Below are positions 51,675-62,255 of a stretch of DNA of 64,000 bases, one piece after another. The notes beneath the pieces were generated by a model. It worked only from the letters and a program-made list of their open reading frames with translations. It was not told the origin of the DNA and ran no database searches. Source of the stretch: an uncultured bacterium (GTDB lineage: Bacteria; Desulfobacterota_D; UBA1144; Nemesobacterales; UBA2774); NCBI GenBank assembly GCA_963825135.1, contig CAWGRW010000009.1, forward strand, positions 2,723,248 to 2,787,247, read 5' to 3'. A program made the translations under genes and the position numbers. Within the stretch, counting starts at the first letter, position 1; each line of letters begins with the position of its first letter.

Positions 51675-52988
51675 TCACCTGAGCGTCTTGTCATTAAGCG
51701 CGAGCGGCGGTCTCCACGCATCTTGAACCACGCCCGGGGCGCGTCGGCCCCAGGTGTTGTCGCGCTTGTCGGGCGCGTCGGTGAAGAACCTTACCAGCAG
51801 CCTGTGGAGCATATTCATCTTGGGCATGATGCCGTGGAAACCACCTATCTCCGTCAGGACCTTGTCTCCTATCTCCCAGTACCCGTAGTCGTCCGGCGTC
51901 ACGCAGACGAGGTTCTCCGGGGCGAGGAACTTCGGCTGGGCGCCCTCGAACGGGACCGTGCCGTCGCCCGTGAACCTGCACTGCGGGTCGGTGATGTTTT
52001 GAGGCATCCACTTGTTGTCCCTGTCCGAGGAGCTGAAATCGAACTCCGGGAACTTGCCGTTCTTCACGATCTTCAACCTGACCCTGGTAGTAGAATTTAC
52101 ACCGACTACGGCAAGCCACCTGTCGGGACTCATTCCGGCGTCAGCAAGGTTAAACGTATTGATACTCGTCCTGTGGGTTTTACCGAATCTCAGCATATTC
52201 GCGAATATCTCTTCCGCGAGCTCAGCCGGGTTCCCCAACGGAAGCCCTTTCAGGCGTATCCAGGATTGTATCGACTGCACGATGCTCGGCTGCCACGCCC
52301 CCGGATCGAAGAGCGACTTCGGCACTCCGTCGGGCACCTGCATTCCTCCGCTGAAGCTCGGCACGAGATAATAGAGCGAGGGAGTTACGCGGGCTGATTC
52401 TCTTTCACGCGAGCTCGGCGGCGAAGTGCCGAGGTTCGCGGTGCCGGTGGTCACCTTGATCACCGCTTCGAATGAGCCCTGATACGGGGTCGCGAGCGTC
52501 GCGACCTTGTGCACGGGCGACTGAACGCCCTTGCTTTTGAGGTAACCCGTGATAATCAGCCCTCCCATCGAATGGCCCACGAGGTTCACCTTCGGGTCGT
52601 CGTGATAGCCCGCTTTGTAGTAATGCTTAAGGAGCTTCGTGCGGTCGATCACCTCCCCGATGAACGAGTCGAGCTCGGCCTGTACGTCCTCGAGCCTCAT
52701 CCTCCAGTCGTATCCGAAAGGATAGACGGGCACGGGCTCGTCCTCCCGCGAGCTCAGGTTATAGCGGAGCTCTTCTATTAATTCCTTATACGCGATTTCG
52801 TAGAGCTGGTCCGATTTAATCCGGGCGGGCTCGGACGCCTCGTAGCGGAGGTCGTTCGGATGGAGCGCCAGCCGCTCGAACTTCTTCGTCATGACCGTCC
52901 ATACGTATTCCGGGGGCAGGTCGTATTCATCCTTCAGATAAGTCGCGGTAATGCCGGGGATTACTATTACGGGGTAAGGTAAAGGCAT
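51675..52988 (-). CDS. Alpha/beta hydrolase, lipase/LCAT-like acyltransferase
   Basis: IPGI, YDWR, GHSMGG, TPYQGS, GDGTVP, catalytic His. Confidence 0.85.
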   Translation of the reverse strand: MPLPYPVIVIPGITATYLKDEYDLPPEYVWTVMTKKFERLALHPNDLRYEASEPARIKSDQLYEIAYKELIEELRYNLSSREDEPVPVYPFGYDWRMRLEDVQAELDSFIGEVIDRTKLLKHYYKAGYHDDPKVNLVGHSMGGLIITGYLKSKGVQSPVHKVATLATPYQGSFEAVIKVTTGTANLGTSPPSSRERESARVTPSLYYLVPSFSGGMQVPDGVPKSLFDPGAWQPSIVQSIQSWIRLKGLPLGNPAELAEEIFANMLRFGKTHRTSINTFNLADAGMSPDRWLAVVGVNSTTRVRLKIVKNGKFPEFDFSSSDRDNKWMPQNITDPQCRFTGDGTVPFEGAQPKFLAPENLVCVTPDDYGYWEIGDKVLTEIGGFHGIMPKMNMLHRLLVRFFTDAPDKRDNTWGRRAPGVVQDAWRPPLALNDKTLR

Positions 52989-53185
52989 ATATAATCCTCC
53001 TTGCCGGGTTTATATAATTCGACGACTGCTGTTCAGTACTCGCGATATACAGTAATTAATTAACCACAAAACATAAAGCTGTGTCAAGAGCGCGAGTAAA
53101 AAGCAAGGTAAAGAAGGAATCGAACCCGGTGATTAGAGTTTTACCGCGGATGCCGGCTATCCCAACACAGGTATCCGGGAAATAA

Positions 53186-53503
53186 TCAGTCGTTCACTAT
53201 CCTGAATATCTGCCAGCGGGCCGTGCCGGAGACCACGTACTTCTCGAACTCCTTTCCCCACTTCTTGTGCGTCTTGAGCTTGGCCATCTTCGCCCACGCC
53301 TCGTCGAGCTCTTTCAGCTCCTTTATCTTTACTTCCGTCTCGATAGTGGATTCGTTGGCGCCTATGGATCCCGTAAGGACCCTTACCTTGTCGGGCTTCC
53401 ATCCGACCTGCGAGCCCACTTCTTCGAGCCACTTCTTCATGGAATTTAAAGCGGCCTGCTTGTAACCGAACTTCGCTTCTACCTGCCACCTGGCTATGAA
53501 CAT
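53186..53503 (-). CDS. Hypothetical protein (NIPSNAP-like dimeric alpha/beta barrel)
   Basis: GGAGG RBS; alternating beta-alpha pattern. Confidence 0.65.
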   Translation of the reverse strand: MFIARWQVEAKFGYKQAALNSMKKWLEEVGSQVGWKPDKVRVLTGSIGANESTIETEVKIKELKELDEAWAKMAKLKTHKKWGKEFEKYVVSGTARWQIFRIVND

Positions 53504-53580
53504 GAGAAGACCTCCCCTGAATGTTTTCTTTTAAAACGTTTAAAACATTACGCCCTGCTGCATTCGTACGGAAAAAGGCT

Positions 53581-54021
53581 TTAGAACGAGACCCCGGCGG
53601 CGGATGTAATGCGGAGTACGGCTTCCTGATTGAAGAGCTTTTTGTACGTCTCCTTTATCTCTTCGATCGTGTCGTCGACCTCGGCGCTCGATTCGTCATC
53701 GTAGAGCAGTATCAATATCCTGGAATCCTCCTTTATCACCTCCCCCGACTCCATCATCCACTGGCCGTCCGAGTCGACGATCGTCAGCCCTTCCTTGAAT
53801 TTCGGGGTAACGTACGTATCGACGAATTCTATCCATTCCGCCTCGGAGACGGTACCGCCGCCGGGTTTCGACAGGCCGAATACGAGGAGGGTCTGCACGT
53901 AAGGCTTGCCGTAAAAAGGCTCTACCGTTCCCTTCACGTTCCCGTTAGAGTCCGTACAAGAGAGGCACGAGACCGTCAGGAGGATAATATACAGGATGTA
54001 ACGACTGCGGTGAAGGCTCAT
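53581..54021 (-). CDS. DUF3574 family lipoprotein
   Basis: L.FGL....G..VSE.EW..F.D..VTP.F..GLT..D..GQW; Y...F.QEAV. Confidence 0.85.
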   Translation of the reverse strand: MSLHRSRYILYIILLTVSCLSCTDSNGNVKGTVEPFYGKPYVQTLLVFGLSKPGGGTVSEAEWIEFVDTYVTPKFKEGLTIVDSDGQWMMESGEVIKEDSRILILLYDDESSAEVDDTIEEIKETYKKLFNQEAVLRITSAAGVSF

Positions 54022-54094
54022 TATTCGATATCCCGGTCAAAAACCCCAATCCCAGATTTCAAATAATACACTCATACGCTCCGCAATGTACAGG

Positions 54095-54708
54095 TCATGA
54101 TTCGGGCCGTTTCAGAAACCGGCGGAGCTCCTTTTTAGCGCCGCTGATAATCGGCTCGCCGTGGGCGAAGAGCAGGGCGTCGAAATCCCGCTTGAGATGG
54201 GACGTGAAGACCTTTTTTAATCCGCGCCTGACCCCTTCCGGGTCGTCCCCCATGAGGTAATCCGGGACGAAGCAGAGCTCTCCGTCCTCCCTTATTATCG
54301 CGTCCCCTATGGAAAGTATCCCCTTGCCGAGCGGGATATGGAACGCGGTCTCCTCGGGACAGAGCACCCCTACCCCGAGCGCCAGCACCCCTCCCGGAAG
54401 CTCGTCCCCGCGCCCGAAGCCCGAGACCTTCTTATCCCCGCCGAAGGCGTGGAGCCCTACTTGTGACACCAGACCCTTGCGCCGTAGTGTTTCGCGAACC
54501 TTCCGCTGTGACGGTAATGGAGACGGTTGGTGAGATAGATATTCGCGGGGGGATTATGCTTCCCGAACCAGCCGATCTTTTCATCAGGCACCCTGGGGTC
54601 GATGAGGAATGCGGGGTTCGCATCGGATATGTAATACGAATGGACGTCCTGGCCTATGCCTTCGTGAAACGTCGTCCAGTGAAATACGCCCGGCAGGATT
54701 TCCTTCAC
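54095..54708 (-). pseudogene. MBL-fold protein, -1 frameshift near 54462
   Basis: LIDP, LTNRLHYR in 54457-54708; GDA and FAHG in 54095-54469. Confidence 0.7.
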
Positions 54709-54777
54709 GACCCCTCCTTGAAATGCTCAAGCATGCCCGCCCCGGGAGATGCGCGACACGGGGGAGCGCCGGGACCG

Positions 54778-55314
54778 TCAGTCCCCGTAGTCTCCCTTGA
54801 CGACGCTGTCGAGCATGCCCGCGAGCGTGCCCTTGACGGCGAAGTCCCATTTGCCTTCGTACTCGACGTCGCTTATGAGCCAGCCGGATTTCCCCTTCTC
54901 GAGCACGGCCGAGTCTTTCCACGTAAAGGTCTTGCCGTCGCCGGGGTTCGTGTTCTTGAACTCGACCGGGCAAGAGGCCTTCGCACCCTTCTCCTCGCAC
55001 GGCAGGACCTTGAACGAATCCGCGCCCTCGAAGAGGGACGTGAATATATCGCCTTCCACGAGCGGGGGCACCTCCCCCTTCGTCTCTTCCTTGTATGCTA
55101 TCTCCGCGTCGTCGGCCGATTTGAGAAGAGCCGCGAGCGCGGGGGTTACATACGGCTTATACCCGGCTAGCTCCTTCGCCGTTGGAATGCCCCTCGTCTT
55201 TAGCTTGATGTAGGTGTTATAGAACCCGGTCACGGTGCTCTCGGGGGTGCCTGCGGCATAAGAGACAGAAGCCGCCGCTAAAACCAGAATCCAAATGGTA
55301 ATTAATTTTTTCAT
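54778..55314 (-). CDS. Secreted DUF3828/YbjP-like protein
   Basis: Signal peptide; P......FY..Y, EGDIFTSL.EG, W.I.DV.Y. Confidence 0.7.
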   Translation of the reverse strand: MKKLITIWILVLAAASVSYAAGTPESTVTGFYNTYIKLKTRGIPTAKELAGYKPYVTPALAALLKSADDAEIAYKEETKGEVPPLVEGDIFTSLFEGADSFKVLPCEEKGAKASCPVEFKNTNPGDGKTFTWKDSAVLEKGKSGWLISDVEYEGKWDFAVKGTLAGMLDSVVKGDYGD

Positions 55315-55439
55315 TGCAGGTGGTTCTCCTTCGATGCGCGCCATTTCCCGGATCAAGAGCGCTCCCCGCGCGTTCCATTGATTATAAACCGCATTGTAAA
55401 TAATCCGCAAGCGGCGAGTCGCCGCGGACATACGGGGTG

Positions 55440-55622
55440 TAACCCGTTCATACTTCGATCCTTCGACGAGCTCAGGACAGGCAGGCTCAGCACGAACGGG
55501 TTTGGTTTTGTTATCGATTTTGGCTGCGGGATTGCCACTATCACAGAATGCGTTCTCTCGCAATGACAGATAAATTAATGTACACCCCCACCCGTACCCT
55601 CCCCCCTCAAGGGGGAGGGAAA
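55440..55622. repeat. REP-like palindrome cluster
   Basis: Nested cttcga..ctcagg units, gattgccac..cgcaatgac, cccccctcaagggggagg. Confidence 0.75.
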
Positions 55623-55834
55623 TAAAGAATAAAAGACGGACGGGCGGGGTGTCCGCGCGGACATACGGGAGTGTAGGGAAAGCTGAAGAGGAGGGGAGAG
55701 GGAATTAAAAACTGCTCCCGTCCCTTATGTTATAGTAGTAGCGTTCGATTGCCCTTTTTTCTAAAACTAAAACAGCCGCACGGGCCGATTCACGCCCGGG
55801 CGGAGCCGTTAATAAAAAATTCCGGAGGTGATTT

Positions 55835-56770
55835 ATGCTCTCAAATATCGTGAACAGGTTTTACGACCCCGCGTTCGCGGAGAAGGTCTTCGACCGGCTC
55901 GTCACGTCGGGCTCGAGGATCCTGATAATAGCCGTTGGGGCGTACGTGCTCACACGAATAGTGAACGGGGTGATAGGAAGGCTCGAGAAGGTAATCGCGG
56001 GAAGGAGCGCCGGGTACGCGAGCGCGGTCGAGACGGAGAAGCGCGTGAAAACCCTGACCGCGCTCCTGCGCAGCATATTGTTCGTGCTCATAGCCGGGGT
56101 AGCCGTGGCAATGGCGCTTAAAGAGCTCGGCATGGACATCGCGCCCATCATCGCCGGGGCGGGCATACTCGGTCTCGCCGTGAGCTTCGGCGCGCAGAAC
56201 CTGGTGCGGGACATCATAAGCGGGTTCTTTATCATATTCGAGGACCAGGTGAGGGTCGGGGACTCGGCCGTAATAAACGGCAAGAGCGGCACGGTGGAGG
56301 AGATCAAATTCAGGACCATAGCGATAAGGGACCTCGACGGGACCCTCCACATATTCCCGAACGGCTCCATAACGCAGCTATCCAATCAGAGCAGGGACTG
56401 GTCCAGGTACATTGTGGACGTGAGGGTCGCCTACGGGCAGAACCTCGACTACGCGGTCGAGACGCTCCGGGAGATCGGGAAGGGCCTCTCCGGAGACAAG
56501 CGGTTCGAGTCTCTCATAATCGAGCCCCTGGACGTCCTGGGCGTGGACAGCTTCGGGCCTTCGGAAGTCGTCATCAGGTGCCTCTTGAAAACCCTCCCCC
56601 AGAAGCAGTGGGGCGCGGGCAGGGAGCTCAGGAAGAGGATAGTCAGCGGTTTTATCGATAAGGGGATAGAGATACCGTACCAGAACGTGAGCGTTTTCCC
56701 GGGCGGCAGCGGCGGTCCCTTCGGCGTGAGGCTCGAAGGGGGCCAAAAGGCGGGCGCGGCCGGGGAGTGA
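55835..56770 (+). CDS. mscS: Small-conductance mechanosensitive channel (MscS/YbiO-like)
   Basis: AGAGI.GLAVSFGAQ.LVRD..SGFFI..EDQ..VGD, PNG.I....N.SRDWS. Confidence 0.9.
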   Translation: MLSNIVNRFYDPAFAEKVFDRLVTSGSRILIIAVGAYVLTRIVNGVIGRLEKVIAGRSAGYASAVETEKRVKTLTALLRSILFVLIAGVAVAMALKELGMDIAPIIAGAGILGLAVSFGAQNLVRDIISGFFIIFEDQVRVGDSAVINGKSGTVEEIKFRTIAIRDLDGTLHIFPNGSITQLSNQSRDWSRYIVDVRVAYGQNLDYAVETLREIGKGLSGDKRFESLIIEPLDVLGVDSFGPSEVVIRCLLKTLPQKQWGAGRELRKRIVSGFIDKGIEIPYQNVSVFPGGSGGPFGVRLEGGQKAGAAGE

Positions 56771-56909
56771 GAGGGCCTCAGGCGGGGCCGCCCCGGATCG
56801 AGGCCGGCGACTACGGCCGCAGGGCCGATTTCCGCAGCCGGAAGCCGCTCCAACATTAAAAAATAACCTTGACGCCGCCTTTATTAATATCCACAGTTAT
56901 AGTATATTG

Positions 56910-57404
56910 ATGAAGATGAAAACAAAAACCGAACCGAAGAACGGCAACGGGCACGCAAAGTTCGAGAATCTAAAGTTGAGCGAGTGCCTCGAATGCATGT
57001 GCTACGAATTCCGGAAGACCTCGCGTTACGTCATAAATTATTACGATACGGTGCTCAAGGACGCTGATTTAAAGAGCAACCAGTTCATCATTCTGGTGTC
57101 GATAGCGCACCTCAAGTCGCCTAACTTCAAGACGCTCGCGGAGTTCGTCGGCATAGACCAGAGCACGCTCGCCCGGAACCTGATCACGGTCGAGAAGCAG
57201 AGGCTCGTCAGCGTCAAAGCCGGGAAAAACCGGAGGGAAAAGATAATCACCCTCTCTAAAAAAGGAGAGCAGAGGCTGGTGAAATCCTTCCCGCTCTGGA
57301 GAAAGGCGCAGGGCGGTCTCCTGGGCGAGCTCGGCCCGGAGCGCTGGAAGCATATCCGGAGCGAGCTATCGGACGTGGTCAACGCCGCCAAGCTGCTCGG
57401 TTGA
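56910..57404 (+). CDS. MarR family transcriptional regulator
   Basis: C.C...RK.SR.V...YD, LA...GID.STL.RNL, W..AQ. Confidence 0.88.
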   Translation: MKMKTKTEPKNGNGHAKFENLKLSECLECMCYEFRKTSRYVINYYDTVLKDADLKSNQFIILVSIAHLKSPNFKTLAEFVGIDQSTLARNLITVEKQRLVSVKAGKNRREKIITLSKKGEQRLVKSFPLWRKAQGGLLGELGPERWKHIRSELSDVVNAAKLLG

Positions 57405-57845
57405 GCCGCCGCGCACAGACCCATACGATGCGCAGTGCGGCTTGAATTCCGCCGCGTACAGGTTGCTTGAGCTTTTTTTCTGCCGCTCATAAAATCAGCT
57501 AAAACGATTTATCTGTATTTATCAGGAATAATTTTTCCTGCACCGTCGCTCATTTCCAAAAATCATGCCGGAGAATTCCCGGTCACGGCATCAGGACTAA
57601 AACCTCCTCAAAATCATTGACAGATTTTAGAAACAGCCCGATACTTGGCGTAATAGCACTCATATCCGCGCCGTCCGACAATCCGGTTACGCCCCCTTGC
57701 ATTAGCAGGGGGTTTTCACATCTCTTCCCACCCGGGGGGTTCGAGGAATGAGCGGGCCGAACGAGCAAATGCATATGACCTTTTCACGGAACCGGTAGCG
57801 AAGCCGGAGAAAACCCGAATCAGTATTACGCCCCGGAGCGGCGGA

Positions 57846-60800
57846 ATGGACACGCGGAACAGGAAAACGAAGACCACGGACCCAATCGAATTAAAGAAGA
57901 AGCCCAGGAACGAGCTCGTGGGTCAGATCGAGCTTCTGTGCAAGCAAAATGCCGAGCTTCATTCGGCGCTCGATGAAAAGGAAGCCTATTTAGAGAGCCT
58001 GAAACACCTGGGCGCGATACTCGAAGAGTCCATATTCGAGATATGCGTGTTCGATAAAAGAACCCTCGGGATAATCCACGCGAATAAACCGGCGAGGGAG
58101 AAACTCGGATATACGATGAAGGAGCTTTCCCGCCTGGGCATCTCCGATCTGAAAAAGGAATTCGACGAAGCGCGGTTCGTCAGGATGATAGAGCCGCTGA
58201 GAGAGGGTAAGGCGGACAAAATCGAATACAGCGCGTCCCACAAGCGGAAGGACGGGACCACGTATCCCGTGGAAGTGCATCTGCAGAGCTCGACATTCAA
58301 CAAGACCCCGGCATTCGTAGCCGTGATACTCGACATCTCCAAGCGTATTCATGCCGAAGACAGGCTCAAGGAGACGCTCGGCCAGCTATCGAAGATCAAC
58401 CGTTACGAGAGCATAATAGGAATCGTAACGAGGACGGTGCACAGGTCCATAAACTTCAAAACCGTCATGGAGAACGCGGCCCACGCCGTGCATAAAAACA
58501 TGGACCTCGCGAAGTACGTGGCGATCTATCTGGTCGAGGGCTCGGAGGCCGTGCTCCACGCGCACAGGGGATTGCCCGAATGGTTCGTGGAGAAGGCAAG
58601 CAGGATTCAATTCCCGAGGGGGACGACGTGGCAGACCATAATTCAGGGAAAGACGGCGTATGTGCCCGACACCGATGAGGACAAGCACATGGGACAGGCG
58701 GGGTTCGAGCTCGGAATCAGGAGCTACGTATCGATACCGCTGAAGAACGAGGGGAAGGTGCAGGGCGTGCTGAACATATTCACGGACGACAGGAACTCCT
58801 TCAGGGCGGACGAGCTCAGGCTGCTCGACATAGTGTCGAGGCAGATAGAGATAGCGATAAACAACGCCAGGTTCGCGGAATCGCTGATTAACTCCGAGAA
58901 GGCGCTCGAAGAAAAAATAAGCGCCCTGTCCAAGAAGGAAAGCTACGAAAAGATGATAAACACCATAGCGGGTTCGGTCCACAGCTCCGTCGATTTCGAC
59001 GAGGTGCTGCAACTGACGAAAAACGGGTTCAAGCAGAACATCAAGAACGCGGATTTCTTCGGCGTCTATTTCGTCGAAGGGAGCGAGGCCGTGATGAAGA
59101 CCTGCTACGGGTTCGAAGAGGGCTTCCTGAAAAGGGTGGGAAGGGTCCCCTACCCCAGGGGGTTTACCTGGAGGGCCATCATCGACGGGAAAACCCGGAT
59201 CGTGTCCGATACGGAAAGCGACGATGTGATAGGGCCGGCCGGGAGACAGGCAGGCATAAGGAGCTATATCTCCATGCCCGTAAAATCCGTCGGAAACACG
59301 ATCGGGTGCATCTCGCTTGCCTCGAAGAGCCCCGACGCCTTCGACCGCGAGGAACAGACGCTCCTCGAATCCATAGCGGAGCAGATTGGGGTTGCGCTAC
59401 TGAACGCCAAGTACGTGCGGGAGATAGAATCGAACGAGAAGAGGCTCAAGGCCCTCGTAGGCTCCGTCGACGAGATAGTCTTCGAATTCGACGAGCAGGG
59501 CACTTACCTGGGAATCTGGACGGAGAACGAAAAACTTCTTGTAAGGCCCAAGAACGAGCTTCTGGGAAGGCGCATCTCCGATTTCTTCGACGCGGGGTTC
59601 TCCGACTCCCTCACAGTCGCCATAAAACGGGTGCTCAGGAACAGGAAGTCGGAAGTCGTGGAGCTGAATATCCCGCTTTTCGGCAGGGACAGGTGCTTCA
59701 GATGCAGAATAAACCCGATATTTTCCTCAGACGGAATACCCGAAACAGTCTCCATGCTCGCCAGGGACATTACCGAAAGCAAGGCTCTGGAGACACAGCT
59801 GTTCCGCTCGCAGAGGCTTGAGAGCATAGGAAAACTGGCCGGCGGCATAGCGCACGACCTCAACAACATCCTCCAGCCTATACTGATGTCGGCGCAGCTC
59901 CTGAATAGCAGAATTACCGACGAGAAGGCCCGGAACTGGCTCAGGATACTCGACCAGAGCGCCCAGAGGGGAGCCGACCTGACAAAGCAGATATTGTCCT
60001 TCGCGAGGGGGCTCGAAAGCAGGAAGCAGCCCTTCGACCTCATGTACCTTGTCAGGGACGTCGAGAAAATGCTCACCGAGACTTTCCAGAGGTCGATAAA
60101 CCTGCATACGGAATTCGAGGACGGCCTGCCCCCGGTCTTCGGAGACTATACGCAGATCAGCCAGGTATTCATGAACCTGTGCGTGAACGCGCGCGACGCG
60201 ATGCCCGAAGGCGGCGACCTCACGCTGTCGATCAGGCGTATCAGGACGGGTGAAGACGGCAGTCCGGGGTTCCTAAAATCCGAATACGGCGAATACATAC
60301 TGATAGCCGTGTCCGATACAGGGTCAGGCATCCCCCCCGAGCACATGGAAAGGGTATTCGACCCGTTCTTCACGACCAAGGAACAGGACAAGGGCACCGG
60401 CCTCGGTCTCTCTATAGTTTACGGGATAGTCAAGGACCACGACGGCTTCATCAACGTCGAGAGCAGGGTCGGAAAGGGGACGACATTCACCATATATCTG
60501 CCGGTAATCGACTCGCCCGCATCCGACCGGAAGACGGAGGAGCTTTATCCGAAGGCCCCCGCCGGGAACAAGGAGCTGATACTTGTGGTCGACGACGAGA
60601 GCACGATAACGGACATGACGAAGACGATACTCGAGGAATACGATTATAAGGTGCTGGTCGCACACAACGGCGAGGAGGCGGCCAGGGTTTTCCTCTCGCG
60701 CAAGGACGAGATATACGCCGCGATCGTGGACATGATGATGCCGGTCATGGGCGGAAAGGCCGCGATACGCATCCTGAAGAACGCGAGGCCTTCCCTCAAG

Positions 60801-60932
60801 GTCGTAGCCATGAGCGGATACCAGAGGGAGCACGAGCTCGTCGACCTGAAGGAAGGCGACGTGGACGCGTTCCTCCCGAAACCCTTCAGCGCGGAGACGC
60901 TGCTGCGGACGCTCGGCGACGTGCTGCATTGA
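57846..60932 (+). CDS. Hybrid sensor histidine kinase PAS-GAF-GAF-PAS-HisKA-HATPase-REC
   Basis: Paralog of 38843-42364 with the same H, N, G and REC motifs. Confidence 0.92.
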   Translation: MDTRNRKTKTTDPIELKKKPRNELVGQIELLCKQNAELHSALDEKEAYLESLKHLGAILEESIFEICVFDKRTLGIIHANKPAREKLGYTMKELSRLGISDLKKEFDEARFVRMIEPLREGKADKIEYSASHKRKDGTTYPVEVHLQSSTFNKTPAFVAVILDISKRIHAEDRLKETLGQLSKINRYESIIGIVTRTVHRSINFKTVMENAAHAVHKNMDLAKYVAIYLVEGSEAVLHAHRGLPEWFVEKASRIQFPRGTTWQTIIQGKTAYVPDTDEDKHMGQAGFELGIRSYVSIPLKNEGKVQGVLNIFTDDRNSFRADELRLLDIVSRQIEIAINNARFAESLINSEKALEEKISALSKKESYEKMINTIAGSVHSSVDFDEVLQLTKNGFKQNIKNADFFGVYFVEGSEAVMKTCYGFEEGFLKRVGRVPYPRGFTWRAIIDGKTRIVSDTESDDVIGPAGRQAGIRSYISMPVKSVGNTIGCISLASKSPDAFDREEQTLLESIAEQIGVALLNAKYVREIESNEKRLKALVGSVDEIVFEFDEQGTYLGIWTENEKLLVRPKNELLGRRISDFFDAGFSDSLTVAIKRVLRNRKSEVVELNIPLFGRDRCFRCRINPIFSSDGIPETVSMLARDITESKALETQLFRSQRLESIGKLAGGIAHDLNNILQPILMSAQLLNSRITDEKARNWLRILDQSAQRGADLTKQILSFARGLESRKQPFDLMYLVRDVEKMLTETFQRSINLHTEFEDGLPPVFGDYTQISQVFMNLCVNARDAMPEGGDLTLSIRRIRTGEDGSPGFLKSEYGEYILIAVSDTGSGIPPEHMERVFDPFFTTKEQDKGTGLGLSIVYGIVKDHDGFINVESRVGKGTTFTIYLPVIDSPASDRKTEELYPKAPAGNKELILVVDDESTITDMTKTILEEYDYKVLVAHNGEEAARVFLSRKDEIYAAIVDMMMPVMGGKAAIRILKNARPSLKVVAMSGYQREHELVDLKEGDVDAFLPKPFSAETLLRTLGDVLH

Positions 60933-61046
60933 CCCTCACGCGGTAGTCCCACCCGAAGCGTAAGTGACAAGCGACAGTCGTGCAGAGTTATATACGCAGG
61001 ACATCTGTCACATTGTCACTTGGCAGATAAAGCTAAAGAATAAAGA

Positions 61047-61225
61047 CGAGATTGCTTCGCTTTGCTCGCAATGACAACTACGAGATCCCAAAACAAGCCT
61101 GCCCTGAACTTGTTTCAGGGTTCAGGACGACTATTTGAAAGACAGATCTCTCGACTGCGCTTCGAAATAACAAACGAAAATACAGATAAATCCCCCTGAA
61201 TCCCCCTTTTTCTAAGGGGGAAAAC
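61047..61225. repeat. REP-like palindrome cluster
   Basis: gagattgcttcgctttgctcgcaatgac (empty site), nested ccctgaacttgtttcaggg, aaatccccctgaatccccctttttctaaggggg. Confidence 0.75.
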
Positions 61226-61293
61226 AAAGCGCAGAAAAAGAAGACTCCGGGCAGCACATATGTCTTACAAGGGGCTTTTTTATTTCTATACCG

Positions 61294-62121
61294 TCAGGTC
61301 CCGGAATTAAACAGAGCAAGGTAGTCCTTCGAGCTTTTCACTATCGCGCTCCCGGTTTTCTTCATCTCCTCGTCCGTTATGCCCTCGACGGGTTTCATAT
61401 CCGCGTCCACCTCGAGCGCGAGACGCCCGTTCTTAAAAACGTATCCGGAGAAAGGGCCCTTGCAGAATTTGACGGCCCCGTCGAGATAATAGATCTCCGC
61501 CTTCTCAGCGCCTGAGCCGGGGCCGGACAACGTGAGCTTCACGGGCTTTCCGTCCACGGTCCATAATTCGACCTTCCTCTTTTCCAAACCTTTAGTCTCG
61601 GGCTCGAGCGTCTTTTCGGCTTTCTTATATTGGGCGGCGCTGCCGTCCACGTACTTCATGTACTCGACGGCGTTGTCTATATAGAGTTTATTCATCGCGG
61701 CGCGCCAGTCCCTGAGCGCCGCGCTCGACGCGGGGTCTTCTTTATCAAACGTTCCGCTCAGGTAATCGTCGGCCTTTATGGCAAGCGATTTCCCGGTGAG
61801 GTTTCCGACAGTGTATTTCACCGCGACCGGGTCGGGATACCTGTCCGTGTTAGTCGTGAGAACGAGCTCGTTCCCCCGGACCTTCCAGTCAAGCCCGTTC
61901 ATGGACGCGATGCCCACGAGCTCTAAAGTCCCGTCAGCGTGGAGATAGAAACCTTCCTTACCGCCCTGCCCTCCCCCGTCTCCGCCCATGGGCCTCAGCC
62001 ACAGGCCCTCCATAGCGGAAGCCGATACCGCGCTCCCCTCGCCCGCCTGAGCAAGGCCTGACGCGGCGGAACAGAACAGCATCAGTAAAGCGAAGATATA
62101 GCGTACGGATTTGCTTGTCAT
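61294..62121 (-). CDS. Secreted hypothetical protein (lipocalin-like N-domain)
   Basis: Signal peptide; G.W..P....EGF.L..DG....GI.....W.....L.L. Confidence 0.65.
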   Translation of the reverse strand: MTSKSVRYIFALLMLFCSAASGLAQAGEGSAVSASAMEGLWLRPMGGDGGGQGGKEGFYLHADGTLELVGIASMNGLDWKVRGNELVLTTNTDRYPDPVAVKYTVGNLTGKSLAIKADDYLSGTFDKEDPASSAALRDWRAAMNKLYIDNAVEYMKYVDGSAAQYKKAEKTLEPETKGLEKRKVELWTVDGKPVKLTLSGPGSGAEKAEIYYLDGAVKFCKGPFSGYVFKNGRLALEVDADMKPVEGITDEEMKKTGSAIVKSSKDYLALFNSGT

Positions 62122-62255
62122 ATTCGGATCCTCCCTCACGGCCATTCACAGATAGTAGCATAATCCGGGGCATAAGTGTGTACCCGCCGGGAGATATTGA
62201 AATAATTACTAATAAATTGTATTATGTCGAAAGTCATGACAGACGGAGGATGACG

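Noticed and set aside
55528..55568. cacagaatgcgtt inside a gattgcc...gcaatgac palindrome, resembling the insert 3' end
   Set aside because: Too short to distinguish a deletion relic from chance.
57590..57845. Possible tRNA or ncRNA upstream of the second hybrid kinase (ggttcgag)
   Set aside because: No cloverleaf or recognisable RNA family.
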